A stretch of 64,000 nt of DNA from Eledone cirrhosa (taxonomy: Eukaryota). Position numbers and translations under genes: made by a program. Within the stretch, counting starts at the first letter, position 1. Every line of letters starts with the position of its first letter. Below are positions 1 to 13,400 of this stretch, in pieces. The notes under the pieces were generated by a model. The model worked only from the letters and a program-made list of their open reading frames with translations, did no database searches and was not told the DNA's origin. The stretch is taken from contig OZ024742.1 in NCBI GenBank assembly GCA_964016885.1, forward strand, positions 2,976,001-3,040,000. Direction: 5' to 3'.

Positions 1-612
1 CAAAAATCAAAAATGATACTGGCAAAGTGCTCAATACTTAAAAACCAGAGCTAAACAATGTGTTAAGAAGCCATACAAAACTGAAAAGGTGGTCAAGAAG
101 GCATTAACCACCCAAGCCAAAACAATATATATATATATATACAATAAAGTATGTCCATAGAAATAATGTATATATTTTATCAAATGATTCTATGGACATA
201 CTTAATTGTATATTGCTCTGATTGTTGATTATTTAATTAATTAATTCGTTATTGAGCCACATCATGAATGGTTGCCAAAAAAAAAATATATATATATGAC
301 TTTGTCTAGTTTATATATATGTAAATCTTTATATATATATATAATCACTCCCCCCACACACGCCTATATATATATATATATATATATACCAAATGTTAAA
401 CAAGGTTCATTGATTATTCAATGAAAATAGTTTTACAATAGATTAAAAGCACTCAACAATGAAGTTTTCGGGAGTTATTAATATTATTCAAAATATTAAT
501 AAATGGATACATTCACATAATCAAAATATGTTTTATTATATATATTTATATATATTACTGCCAAGACTGGAATTGAACCATCAGCACATTTGAGGTATGT
601 CATACATCAATT

Positions 613-684
613 TATGTATTTTATCTGATGAGGACGTACTGAAAAAACAACACAGTACCTCCGAAATATATATAATAAAACATA
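613..684 (+). ncRNA. Type I minimal hammerhead ribozyme, core intact
   Basis: tatg-ta-ttttat CTGATGA(625-631) ggac-gtactg[loop]cagtac-ctcc GAAA(663-666) tatata TA ataaaa-cata. Stems I and II pair and stem III is a palindrome. Its 3' side (668-735) is an inverted repeat of 480-545. Confidence 0.75.
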
Positions 685-741
685 TACTTTGATTATGTGA
701 ATGTATCCATTTATTAATATTTTGAATAATAATATATATAT

Positions 742-872
742 AAACGGAAAAAATGAAACGAAATTTCATTTCTCACTCTTAGTACGGCTGTTACTTAAAT
801 ATAAATATGTATACGTACATACATTTATGTATACAGACTTACAGTAGTATGTATATATATATACATACATGC

Positions 873-905
<33 letters not shown>

Positions 906-1335
906 AGTATGTATGCGAACATACATATGTGTATACAGACGTAGAGTAGTATGCCTATATATATACATACATGCACACATATATATATGTACGTATGGAT
1001 TCACCGAATATTTATTATAATGTTCGGTGTGTTTGTGGACAAACATCCCGAATTAAGCCGTACAGTGTCTAGCAACCAACGTTGCTCATTTGTTCAACAC
1101 TGACAAAGGAACGCTGTACTAGTTTCAATCTTATTAGCTATCGTCAGCAACGTATACCTTCCTGCCAGATGGTTGAACGTCTGAAAGTATATACTTTCCT
1201 TATGCATATTAACACCTGAGCAGCCTAATTTGCATATCGAGTGAGTTAATCGGCCGGGGTACCCAAAACGATAAACGGAAAAAATGAAACGAAATTTCAT
1301 TTCTCACTCTTAGTACGGCTGTTACTTAAATATAA
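742..1335 (-). mobile_element. HHR-containing non-coding module with ~62-bp terminal direct repeat (solo pLTR/retrozyme-like)
   Basis: aaacggaaaaaatgaaacg...tacggctgttacttaaatataa at 742-805 and 1273-1335. HHR at 1111-1153; octamer at 1228-1235. Confidence 0.5.
1111..1153 (-). ncRNA. Type I hammerhead ribozyme motif
   Basis: Reverse complement reads acgttg CTGACGA tagctaataagatt GAAA ctag TA cagcgt. Stem I pairs, stem III is palindromic, stem II is imperfect. Confidence 0.65.
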
Positions 1336-1585
1336 GTATGTATACGTACATACATATATTTATACAGACGTACAGTAGTATATATATATATATATATACA
1401 TACGTGCACACATATATATATGTACGTATGGATTCACCGAATTCACAAAGATGTTTATTTACAAATACACCGAGCATTATAATAAATGTTCGGTGAATCC
1501 ATACGTACGTATATATATGTGTGCATGTATGTATATATATATACATACTACTGTACGTCTTTATACATATATGTATGTACGTATA

Positions 1586-3106
1586 TGTATGTCAGGTCAT
1601 TAGTTGGTGCTACTGGTAACATGTATCCCAGTACAACCTGTCTCATGGTCGGGTCGTTGGTGACTACACTGGCAACCCCACCAAGGTTTCTTGGTGAGGA
1701 GGGTGATTTTGGACATCCTGCAGGACTAAAAACAAAACCTGTCAAAGCTCTTAAAAGTCAATGGCCATCCAAAATCACCGGGTGAGATGACCCCTTAGCC
1801 TTTGTCAAGGCAGAATACTAGGAGAAGGAAAACTCTGATATATCACCTGCAACCCTGATGGTATCCAATGATGTTGTCTTGTTATTCTTTTTGGTAAATA
1901 TCATCTTGGTTAAGAGAGTGGGACTGGCTTTGTGCAGTGCCTTTGCTCACTATAAAAGCTTCACGGCACAGACATTGCTTTATATCTGGAGATCTCTCTG
2001 CACTTGTCATCACATGGTGCCATGGGCCCAGCACAATGTGTCAATAATTGTCACAAGTGTAAGTTTTGTACCAGAGTTTTCAAGTCGCTGGCTGGACTAA
2101 AAAGTCACACTCGTTCAGCGCATTGGTGGGGGTTCTCCTACATGGATATAAAGTAGTGGCCGTACTCGAAAACGAGTTGGCAGCCACCATGTATATATAT
2201 ATATGTGTGTATATATGTATGTATGTATATATATATCCGGGAGAGATGACCCCTTAGCCTTTGTCAAGGCAGAATTCTAGGAGAAGGAAAACTCTGATAT
2301 AACACCTGCAACCCTGATGGTATCCAATGATGTTGACTTGTTCTTCTTTTTGGTAAATATCATCTTGGTTAAGAGAGTGGGACTGGCTTTGTGCAGTGCC
2401 TTTGCTCACTATAAAAGCTTCACGGCACAGGCATTGCTTTATATCTGGAGATCTCTCTGCACTTGTCGTCACATGGTGCCATGAGCCCAGCACTGTGTGT
2501 CAATAATTGTCACAGGTGTTGTGTTTGTACCAGAGTTTTCAAGTCGCTGGCTGGACTAAAAAGTCACACTCGTTCAGCGCATTGGTGGGGGTTCTCCTAC
2601 ATGGATATAAAGTAGTGGCCGTACTCGAAAACGAGTTGGCAGCCACCATGTATATATATATATGTGTGTATATATGTATGTATGTATATATATATCCGGG
2701 AGAGATGACCCCTTAGCCTTTGTCAAGGCAGAATTCTAGGAGAAGGAAAACTCTGATATAACACCTGCAACCCTGATGGTATCCAATGATGTTGACTTGT
2801 TCTTCTTTTTGGTAAATATCATCTTGGTTAAGAGAGTGGGACTGGCTTTGTGCAGTGCCTTTGCTCACTATAAAAGCTTCACGGCACAGGCATTGCTTTA
2901 TATCTGGAGATCTCTCTGCACTTGTCGTCACATGGTGCCATGAGCCCAGCACTGTGTGTCAATAATTGTCACAGGTGTTGTGTTTGTACCAGAGTTTTCA
3001 AGTCGCTGGCTGGACTAAAAAGTCACACTTGTTTAGCGCATCGGTAGGAGTTCTCCTACATGGATATAAAGTAGTGGCCGTACTCGAAAACGAGTTGGCA
3101 GCCACC
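1586..3106 (+). mobile_element. Bipartite non-autonomous RTE (5' UTR fused to 3' end): one full unit plus two 5'-shortened tandem copies, period 459 bp
   Basis: 1632-1775 aligns to the 5' leader of the RTE at 49104. Each unit encodes CVCTRVFKSLAGLKSHTRSAH (RTE C-terminal C2H2-like motif) and ends with an actcg-aaaa-cgagt hairpin. Putative TSD atgtacgtata at 1575-1585 and 3107-3117. Confidence 0.75.
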
Positions 3107-3122
3107 ATGTACGTATACATAC

Positions 3123-3154
<32 letters not shown>

Positions 3155-3316
3155 GTATTAAGAATACTATTTATGGTTATGTATATACTAAAACCTATTA
3201 TAGTTATATATATTTTAAACCTAAACAGTGAAAGACTAATTTATTACTACCTTATTACCAGTAAGATAAATAGCTCAATGTAATAACATCAGTTGTTCTA
3301 CAGAGCAGTTATATAG

Positions 3317-4309
3317 AAATCACATGAATCAAAGTTCTGTTCAAACCATTTATTAGCTTACAATTGTTTCGTCCAAACCGAAGTTTGGAGTCTTCGGAGC
3401 AATTTTTCAATGATTGTTTACATACATGACCTCCTTTCCAACACAAGAGACATACAGAAACATATGTATATATAAGGGACTCAATTGGGACACCTTTTAA
3501 TGTACATTGGAATAATAAATTTAGTTATAGAAATCAATTAGTTACCTCCCCCTCACGCATTAACTCCCCTTAATCACACACATACTTCCGGAAAATAAAA
3601 CGATGTAAATTCTCGCAACAAAAACAACCTGCTCTATAAAATTGGATTAAAGAACACTGAGCCGCAACAAGCTGTAATAATCTAACCTAATACATCAAAC
3701 ATCCAATACTGAATCATCGTTAATTATGTGAACGACATATAATCTATATATTACGTTTCCTGGTTTGTGAAAATGGTGGTGTATACAAAAACCATAACAT
3801 TATTTTGCTTCTCATTTTTAATATTTCTCTGCATACAAGCTTCTTTATCATACATAAAAAATACTTTACCAATACAACCCCCATAATACTCTTGATTACC
3901 CGCTTAAAGTGCTTGTATTGCATATAACACCTTGCCGCATAATAATCTTATATAAATAAGACACACGTGCATACCCCACGTGTAACTATTGCGTGCACTA
4001 ACTACTTCAAATGACTAACAAACTCTCCTCTTGCATTATCTTCGTAAACTGCCGATGTTGTATTTTAACTTTAATTTTGTTTTAATATAATTTTAATTTT
4101 TGAATTTAAATTGCCATGCAAAAATATTATAATGGATGTCACCCCACTGTGCATCGATATATACATATGTTTCTGTATGTCTCTTGTGTTGGAAAGGAGG
4201 TCATGTATGTAAACAATCATTGAAAAATTTCTCCGAAGCTTTCAAACCTCGGTTTGGACGAAACAATTGTAAGCTAATAAATGGTTTGAGCAGAACTTTG
4301 ATTCATGTG

Positions 4310-4313
<4 letters not shown>
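3317..4313. repeat. ~155-bp inverted repeat (3317-3472 / 4158-4313), each arm with an HHR motif
   Basis: Arms are reverse complements. Minus-strand 3352-3403 reads gct CCGAAGA ctccaaac-ttcg-gtttggac GAAA caattg TA agc; the plus copy at 4227-4278 is more degenerate. Confidence 0.7.
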
Positions 4314-4345
<32 letters not shown>

Positions 4346-4423
4346 TCACTCCTCACACGCACCTATATATATATATATATATATAGGTGCGTGTGGGGAA
4401 TGAGTATATATACATACACACAG

Positions 4424-4459
<36 letters not shown>

Positions 4460-4617
4460 GTGTGTGTCTGTGAATGTCTGGATCTGTGTATGTATGTGTG
4501 TGTCTGTGTGTGTCTGTGTCTGTGTGTACGTGCTATCTTGATGCTCATTATTGTTTGCCAAACACAATGAAACCTGTTCGTAACAAGAGAAATATATAAT
4601 ATGATATATTGTAATAA

Positions 4618-4805
4618 TTGTTTCTACTTTTGGCACAAAACCACCAATTACCCAGTGCATTACTGGTACTTTATTTTATCGACCCCGTAAGGATGAAAGG
4701 TAAAGTTAACCTTCGCGGGATTTGAACTCAGAATGGCAAGGGCTGTAATTCTCTGCGTCAAAGCATGGCGTCCGACCCTCTACCGATACTGCTAATCCAC
4801 CGCCC
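4618..4805 (-). mobile_element. tRNA-derived SINE
   Basis: Reverse complement has A-box-like ttagcagtatcgg, B-box gagttcaaatcc, and the central ctttcatcct..ggggtcgataaaataaagtaccag shared with neighbouring copies. Confidence 0.75.
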
Positions 4806-4892
4806 TTCTGATATATTGTAATAATGACAGTAATAACTAACATAGCAACACCTGCAATTAACCAAACCTCACTTATTATTCTCATTATTTGC

Positions 4893-5105
4893 TGGTGTAT
4901 TGACAGAGTAGGTAGAGCGCCAGACTACATGCTTTCAACTTATATAGTTCGTCGTTTTAAGTTTTGTGTTCAAATCTCGCCGTCATTAGCTTTGCCGTTC
5001 CTCCTTACGGGCTCGATAGCTAGGAACAGGGGTTGATTTTATCGACTTTCTATTCCCCTCTCCCGCAAAAAATCGTTGGTCTTGTGACTAAATCAGAAAC
5101 CATTG
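4893..5105 (+). mobile_element. tRNA-derived SINE (diverged)
   Basis: A-box tgacagagtagg, B-box gttcaaatc, same body and tail as 5345-5562. Confidence 0.65.
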
Positions 5106-5342
5106 TTATTATTATTGGGGCCCTAGGCACGGTCCCAGAACGCTTTACATCTTTCATTCTTTGTGATCCACGACTTCATAAGCAGTGCCCAAATTTCTAC
5201 CATCATTAACACTGCCAGAATTCTATGTGAAATATTGAGCCTCTCAGATCAGGGACTGAGGCCAATTAACAGATTTCATCAACTGATTGATGGAGAAACA
5301 TTACAAAAGGAAAACAATTATTATTACTATTATTACTATTAT
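5100..5342 (+). mobile_element. 3' fragment of an RLE-type (R4/Dong-like) non-LTR retrotransposon
   Basis: Translates VIIIGALGTVP...QISTIINTARILCEIL, resembling the RLE C-terminal GALG..P / TARILR motif; followed by a (TTA/TAC)n tail. Confidence 0.55.
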
Positions 5343-5344
5343 AA

Positions 5345-5562
5345 GGGCAGCGGATTGACAGTATCGGTAGGACGTTGGACAACATGCTTTGTAGCATAGA
5401 GTTACGGCCCTTTATGATCTGAGTTCAAATCTTGCCGAGGTCAACCTTGTCTTTCATCCTCAAGAGGTCGATAAAATAAAGTACCAGTCACGCACTGGTG
5501 TCGATTTAATCGACTTTCCCCTCCCCCAAATTATTGGCCTGGTGCCTATATAAGAAATTATT
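5345..5562 (+). mobile_element. tRNA-derived SINE with Deu/Nin-like central domain
   Basis: A-box tgacagtatcgg, B-box gagttcaaatc, ctttcatcctcaagaggtcgataaaataaagtaccag, (TTA) tail. Confidence 0.75.
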
Positions 5563-5693
5563 ATCGTTGTTGTTGTTACTTGGTATGGATATTATGGCTG
5601 TGTATAAGTACTCTTCACATGGGATCACATCTAATCTATGATGAGTCACCTCCCTCTACTTTCTTCTATTAACATCCTTCCATATTTGGGTAT

Positions 5694-5857
5694 AGGTGGT
5701 GGTGTTGTTGGTATTGCTGGTGGTGGTGGTGGTGGTGGTGATGTTGATGTTGGTATAGATGGTGGTGGTGGTGGTGGTGGTGGTGGTAGCGGTGGCGGTA
5801 ATGGTGGTGGTGATGTGAGTGGTGGTGGTATAGGTGCTGTTTCCAAATTAGTAGTAG

Positions 5858-5939
<82 letters not shown>

Positions 5940-5982
5940 ACTACCACTACTGCTGCTGCTACTACTACTATTACTACTGCTG

Positions 5983-6077
<95 letters not shown>

Positions 6078-6078
6078 G
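5694..6078 (+). repeat. Compound microsatellite (GGT)n then (CTA/CTG)n
   Basis: Directly visible; explains the poly-G/poly-L/poly-P ORFs. Confidence 0.95.
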
Positions 6079-6380
6079 TTGTTATTGCTATTATTTTTAG
6101 TATTATTGTTTAGCCTTTCTCTCTGGCAATTATAAAGTATTTTTCCAATGAATCTGTTGAGATTATTTTATTTATCTGTTGAGATTATTTTATTCTTTAT
6201 CAAAATTAATTGCCATTAATATTATTTTTCCTCAAGATATCTAAATCCTTTAATTGAAAATTAATGCGAGCTTTATCGATTTAAGCCTCTATATCTGAAT
6301 CAATAAATATCTTGAGGTATTTTATGAGCTATTGCCCTGGCTCATCTAATAACTATTTTTCTCTTCCTGTCTTTGCTATA

Positions 6381-6540
6381 TGGCGGAGAGATAGCAATGT
6401 TGCCAGAGTCGATGATAAAATGATTTGCTTTTACATGCTTCCATTCTCTGTGCTTTGAGTTCAAATACCACAGTGGTCGACATTTCTTTTCAGACATTCG
6501 GGGTCAATAAATAAAGTATTAGTTAATTACTGAGACCAAG
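6381..6540 (+). mobile_element. Old SINE copy
   Basis: B-box gagttcaaatacc and ttcggggtcaataaataaagta core. Confidence 0.55.
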
Positions 6541-6929
6541 TATTCTGTTTCTATTCCTTCCGCACACAGTGATATCTCCCTTACAAGAGATTGTAGACTG
6601 GGAATTTTTATATCTTCATGATTTTAAATTAAAGATAAAATCGATGCTCATGCAAGATCCCATCAGGCCGGAGCTTACCCTAGTTTTGATGTTTTGAACG
6701 ATTAAAAGTACAATATTCCCATCACAGTATTACACCACATATACAGCTGGTACTCATTTGTCACCTACGTTGACCATAGCAATGAAAAATGAGATGAGAT
6801 AAGTGTCATATAAATAGAAGTAGATTTTTGAAGGGTTGGGGTACATGAGGCTTTGATAAAGTTTCAATACCTAGTTAAATAAATTTGGCTCATAGTGATA
6901 AATCTTACAGGGTAGCCAAGTTTTCGCCT

Positions 6930-7410
6930 TTGTCTGTTTGGTGGTAAGACAAGCCTTCACCCTCCTCTAATGGGTGGGAGGAACAGCCTTCCCCTATCTG
7001 TTGGGAAGACTAGTTTTAACTTTTGTGTTTGGCGGGAAAAGCACCCTTTATCTTTCTCTATTGGGCGAGAAATCCAGTCATCTTCTTCCTCTATCTAATT
7101 GGAAGACCAGGCACAACTTTGCTATATTTGTTTGGAAATCCAGCCTTCACTTCATGTTCTTCCATTTGTGGGAATACCAGCCTCCCCCTTCCTATATTTG
7201 GTGGGACGGCATGCGTTCATCTTCCTCTATTTGGTGGGAAGACCAGCCTAAATTTCCATCTATTTGGTGGGAAGACCAGCTTACATCTCCCTCTATTTGG
7301 TGGGAAGTCCAGTGTCCCCCTTCCTATATTTGGTGGGAAGTCCAGCCCCTCACCCTTCCTATATTTAGTGGTAAGATCAGCCTCCCATTTCCTCTATTTG
7401 GTGGCGACAC
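6930..7410 (+). repeat. Degenerate ~33-bp minisatellite (cctctatttggtgggaagaccagcct...)
   Basis: Recurrent tatttggtgggaag; IWWEDQ / LFGGK repeats in the translations. Confidence 0.85.
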
Positions 7411-8344
7411 CTGTCTTTGTAATTATTTATTATATCCACTAACATTGAGTATCCATTATCTAAATGTACCTCAACAATTGACCGATGCGTTATTTATCAA
7501 TCTCTAACGGTTGACATACACAGCTTGTCTTCATTAATTTTAATTCTGAATATGAAATAGCTATAAATTCAGCATAGTATTTTACCCGACACCTTAAATA
7601 TACTGCCAAATTAACTAATCAATAATATTGATTACTAATAGTGCCATGTGACCTCAAACGTGTTAGTAGAGTATAATCGATTATATTGAACCGAAGACGT
7701 TATTCCATGGGCCACTGAAGCATAAAAAGAAAATTAGGTTTTGCTGAGATTTGAACACAGAATATAAACAACTACAATTTAATACTTAAACATATTTTTC
7801 TAAACTCCCTAATGATTCTGCTGACCCATCAATATCGTTTTCAGTTAAATAGTTTAAAGATTTAATTGGTCTTATTTCCTATGAACTGTGTTCATCGCAA
7901 TTTAATAAAAGACTAAATCTTAATCGATATGTAGTTATATTGATATATATATAAATAGGAATTAATTGGTACACCTTTCTAAACAAACATCCATAGCTAT
8001 CTACAGCAACAAATATAAATCTTACATCACCTGACAGCTGAGGAAATGTGTTAACTGCTTCAATATCAGGAAATAATATCATAGATGTTTGTGTGAATAA
8101 AGAATGATAGCGAAAATGATCTACAAGTTTAGGATAAAACATAATTATTCATTACCATCCTACATTGCAACAGTTTGTAGCTCCAGTTTGTTTTCCTTCG
8201 GTATTTGAAATATTGATGTTTCTTAATTCGATTTCAAAACTTATTTTAACTAATTGATTAGGCGTTTGTTTCTTTTAATGATACCTGTGTATCTATCTAT
8301 TTATCTGTCTGTCTCTCTGTCTCTCTGTCTATTCATCTATCTAT

Positions 8345-8376
<32 letters not shown>

Positions 8377-8607
8377 TTATCTAGCTATCTCGCATAGTAT
8401 AGACGCGTACAACATCGGCTCCTGCCTTTTTGAATGTTACCTATTGACAGTAAGTGTTTGTTTCTTTATTGTGTTGTCTTCGTGTCTTTTGGCTAGGTCT
8501 GTAGACGGGTGGTCATCGTATTTTACCCCTTTTGGGGGTAAAAACTACTCCTAAAATTTTTTTGCTGACTCACATGTTAAAAAATTGACGCCCTGTCTGT
8601 AGCACGT

Positions 8608-10385
8608 GTGAACGAAAACGCCACGCTCACTAAGGAAGAAGAGAGAAAGAAGCAAGCGGTACAAAGCGCTTTGCTTTCCCGTGTCAACGTTTTAAAAGAC
8701 ATTGTAAAAGGCGATATGCCGGACAAACAAGTAAATACGGGTGCAAACCCAATTAATTACAACGAAAACACTAACAATGACAAAACCAACACACCAAATG
8801 AGAAAGACAACAACAACAAAAATGAAAATAACTCAAACTACGAGAAACAGAACAACTCAAACACCAACAACGAAAACAAAATATCTTTTGCACAGACTGC
8901 TAAATAATCAGTCCCCTATGTGCTTGAGGATATATCAAATGCTAAAGAAATGCTTGAAAAAGCAAAAAAATATGTATCTTTTGGCGAAAATGGATCTTTT
9001 CCCATCAATTCGCCACCAGAACTAAAAAAACAGACGGAATTACGAACTGTTGTATTCCGTACAATTGCCAAAAAAACAAGAAAACCAGCACAACCATCTC
9101 AAGCTGAAATTGAGTTGGTTCCGAAAGAGGCTATGAAAGATATAATTTTCATACAAAAGGATAAACTCTATGGGAGTTTATCCATATTGATGAAAGACGA
9201 ATTGGCGGCGAAAAAATATTCTCTGTCGCCAATTCGTTCCACGCATTACACCTTTTTTCCAACCTACATGGGTAAAAAAACCCAAATAATTTGAATAAGC
9301 ACCATCACCCCAAACATAAACTACTGGTGGTTACTAACCGGTTTCCTCAACTTGGACGAGGACAACCTAATTTAAATAGGGAAGGCATCCGGCGACGCGT
9401 TCAGTGGAACGAGCATTGAAGTTCTGACCCAAATAAGGCCAGAATGTATCGCCCAAATACCTGAACGCGTCATGCTGGATGACCGTACCCACCTCAACAT
9501 TATTGTGGAGGGTAGGCGTCCCTCCTGTTACCTCTGTGGCGACAGAGGTCACCTGAGGGCTGCCTGTTCCCAGCTCACAGCGAAAAAACCATTGCTACCA
9601 ACACCCCAACAACAACATCAAAAACAACCAACACCACCCCAACAACAAAAGCAACCACAACAACAACAAAAACAACCACAACAACAAACAACAACACGAC
9701 CACCACAAACACGTGAAAAACAACACAGAACACTGTTCCACCCAACCCCTCCCCACCCAAAACAAATACAAAAACACACACACCGCAAACACTACCAGAA
9801 AATATACCCCTCCCACCCAACAAGTAAGACGAACCCCTTTCGTCGCAAGACGAAAAAGATCCCTTCCAAATAGTAAAAAGAAAGAGGAGGCGCACCACAG
9901 ACACACTTATTAACATAAACCCTCCCCAAGAGAAAACAAACTATATACAAACCACCCCTACCCTTCACACAACACTAACTGCTACGCAAAAAAAGACTTT
10001 ACAATATACATACATGAACCCAAACAACAAAGAACTAATGAACACAATTTCGTCAAACCCTTCGGGCCAAACTGAAGGGCCTAACTTTCTAACTGCTGTG
10101 GGACTACCTCATTTAAAAATGATTAAAGTCCCAATGAACTTATATAAAACATTGAAAATAAATTTCACGGACGTGCCCCCGCCCCCTGCACCAAGCCAAT
10201 CAACCGCATCCTCTTAAAAAATTTCCTCACCCCCAAACCAGACACCCACTCAACTACAAACACCCCAACCTCACAACACACTGATGCCCCTACACTTACA
10301 CAAACCACCACCCCACCCAACAACCCATGCCCCACCCTCATGGAAATTGAGCGGCTCGCTCCCCGGGACGCAGAGAAGTCAGTGC
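8608..10385 (+). pseudogene. LINE ORF1 (gag-like CCHC zinc knuckle), disrupted
   Basis: RRPSCYLCGDRGHLRAAC; fragments are colinear with the intact ORF1 at 14336. Confidence 0.85.
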
Positions 10386-10405
10386 CTTTTCTCGTTACCA
10401 CCAAC

Positions 10406-13400
10406 ATGGCTGTGTTGAGAGTAGGGTGTCTAAATGCGCGTGGCCTGGGCTCACGTTGGAAGCAAGCAATGCTTCTAAATGACCTCGGATCATGATCTAT
10501 AAATGTGATGGCTATCTGCGAGACCCGGATCAGCAGCGTGCGACAGCTGGCCCCCACCTTTGATGATTTTGAGATGCACGCATCTCTCTGTCAACCCGGA
10601 GGGGCAAAAACATCTAGGTCTCGCCACACAGATAGTTCACTTGGACCCAAGGGGTCGACTGGTGGTGCTGGACCTTGGCAGTGGTGAAGGTAGAGCCTTT
10701 AGGCTGGTAGCCGCATATGCCCCTTTTGGGACAGAGCGGCCCGACATCTTCCAACGTCTGGAGTCTTTTCTAGGGACGTCTCGTTCCCTGCTTTTAGTGG
10801 GGGACTGGAATGGTATCCTGGATGCACGTTGGGACTATGCAGGTGCATGTCCCGATAGAGACGGGTGTAACAGCCTCAAGGGGTTACTCGGCCGATTTGA
10901 CCTGACCGATAGATTTCGACTAGATTTTCCGACTGTGCCAACCTGGTCTTGGACAAATCCCAGCGGTCAATCTAGATCGTTCCTAGATAGGTTCTAAGTT
11001 AGAAATAAGGACAGGGACATTTTAAGTTGTCCAGAAATGCTCATGGTTGGCTATTCAGACCACAAGTTAGTGACCTGCATGGTCAACCTTGATAGAACGC
11101 ATAGACAGGGTCCCGGTTACTGGAAGCTGAACTTGTCCTTACCGGCAAGTAAAGCTTACAGGGACCGGATTAGTACGTTAGTTAAGGAGCGGTTGACTGG
11201 AGCGATCGTCAACAGCAGGTGGTGGGTATCTCTAAAGAGAGAGATTAGATTAGTCTCGATAGAATTTAGTAAGGTTTTAGCTGCGGATATGAATAGGAAG
11301 GAAAGGGAGCTGATAGATAGAGTAGAAGAGGCGATTAGAAGCGGCGACGTGGTCAGAGTGCTTACGTCGAGAACGGCTTTGAGCCAGTATTTCGATGCGA
11401 AGCACGAAGGCTGCGTTGTCCGAAGGAAAATACGTGCTCTAGGAAACGAGTGGACCAAAGCTGTTAGCTGGGCCCGCGTGACAGAAGCCAAGAGTGGAAT
11501 TAAATCCACCATCCGGTCTTTGCGAGACCAGGATGGAGGGGCGATCCCTGAACCTAAGCAGATGTGTGAGGCCATTCAAAGGCACTTTGCCCGATTGTTC
11601 GGAAGGGGCGGGGAGACGGTTGGGGGAGTGGACTTCGGTCCATACCTCGACGGGCTGCCGCGTCTTTCGGACGAGAAGGCGAAGTCTTGCGAGAAGCCGA
11701 TTTCAGCCTCTAAGATAGAGGACGTGCTGAGCCAATGCGGCAAATGCAAATCCCCGGGTCTCGATGGTCTTCCATACGAATTATATCTAGCTATGCCGGA
11801 CTTGTTCTCCGATCTCCTCGAGGCGGTCTACTGCAACTGGCAACAGAACGGGAGAATTCCCTGTTCTGTGACCAAGAGCGTAGTCACACTAGTGAGGAAG
11901 GACGAGAACAAGGGGGGCGAAATAAGTAACTTCAGGCCCGTAACCCTGCTAAATATAGAGTTACAGATTTTGGCCAGGGTTTTAGCAAAGAGGTTGGCGC
12001 TTGTCATGGGAAACCTGGTGGGAGATGCGCAGACAGGTGATATCCCATCCAGGTCCATTCACCACAACCTCCACCTCATGCGATATATCATAGAGAGGGT
12101 TGGGAACGAACCCGGCTTTGGTGGAGCCATGATCAACTTTGATCAATCTAAGGCGTTCAATGGGGTCAACCTGGATGCGGTGCTAGCGGCGGCAGGCTTC
12201 GGACCCGTTTTCATGGGCTGGATCACTGCTATGCACAGCAGCTGCATCTGCTCTAGAGTCAGGGTGAACGGCTACCTCTCGGAGCTGTTCAAAATCGCGC
12301 GGTCCATCCGACAAGGGTGCCCTCTCTCCTCCTTTCTGTATGTATTGACTCTCGAGCCACTACTGCGGAAGTTGGAGTTGTTGCAGGGCATCCCTTTGGA
12401 ACCGTGATTGCGGAAAGCAGTGTCGGCCTACGCCGATGACGTGACAGTAATGGTGTCGACTGCCTCCGAAATAGGGGCGATCGGCACCTTACTGGAGGAG
12501 TACGAAAGGTTTACAGGGGCAAAGCTGAACCGGGACAAATCGAGCGGTTTGCAACTCGACACGTGGAGGGGAAAACCGATGCCCTCCAATGGCGTCGTCG
12601 GACGCTGGACGGAGGGCCCGGTGAAGCTGCTCGGGGTTTGGTTCGGACCAGACTTCCAGATGGAGAAGGACTGGGGTTTAGGTTACGAAGAGGGTGTTTG
12701 CACTGACCCTGAAGTTAGCCAGCTGCAAACTATCCCTGAAAGGTCGGGCGGAGGTGGCCGACCTTTCAGGGATATAGCGTCCGTCATCTACTACCACCTG
12801 ACCGTCGTGCCTTGCCCAAGGGAAACCCTCGCCAAGATGGAGCGCGCACTCTTCCAATTCCTTTGGAAGAAGCGGGCTCTTTGGTGAGGAGATCCATCTG
12901 TTGTCAACACCCTTCGAAAGGAGGGCTGGGGTTGCCGTGGCTAATGATGCGTAAACACGCATTAAGGCTACGGCACCTCCACGTATTCCTCACCGGTCAA
13001 CCTGTGTGGGCCCCGTTTGTGAGACGAACCTTTCCCAGACTCGTCTCACTCACCGAGCTGCAATCCTAGGTCAAGCAAAGAACGAGAAAACTGGGCGCCT
13101 GGGACACTGAGTGTGCCCAGGCGCTCAAGGCCCTCTGGCAGGCGGACCCGGTTATCAGTGGAGACTGCACCTCGGCATTTTATAGATGGCTGGTTCGCAG
13201 CAGGTGCGACGACGCCCTCGGAGAAGCCCTATACATGGAGGAAGACGAACTGGCCAGCCTGTTCGGTAGGACATTCAGCCCGGGACCTATGGAAAACTTC
13301 CAGAAGTGCCTAGCCTGGCAATGCTACCGAGGGGCTCTACCCGTTCGAGAAAGGCTCTATAGACACGGGCGCCCGGGTAGGGACCCCGCCAAAAAGATCT

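Noticed and set aside
1640-1735. Twister or HDV-like ribozyme call for the RTE leader
   Set aside because: Superficial matches (gactacactggcaa, gaggaggg) but no UAA cleavage motif with consistent pseudoknots in both copies; kept only as an unassigned structured leader.
5638-6135. Gly/Leu-rich 165-aa ORF and other homopolymer ORFs (33.3 kb, 62.5 kb)
   Set aside because: Translations of trinucleotide or hexanucleotide microsatellites.
4618-6540. tRNA genes
   Set aside because: A/B boxes are present but no cloverleaf; the shared downstream body identifies SINEs.
6974-7507. WWED-repeat protein gene
   Set aside because: Two frames are similarly open across a 33-bp minisatellite; no splice or domain evidence.
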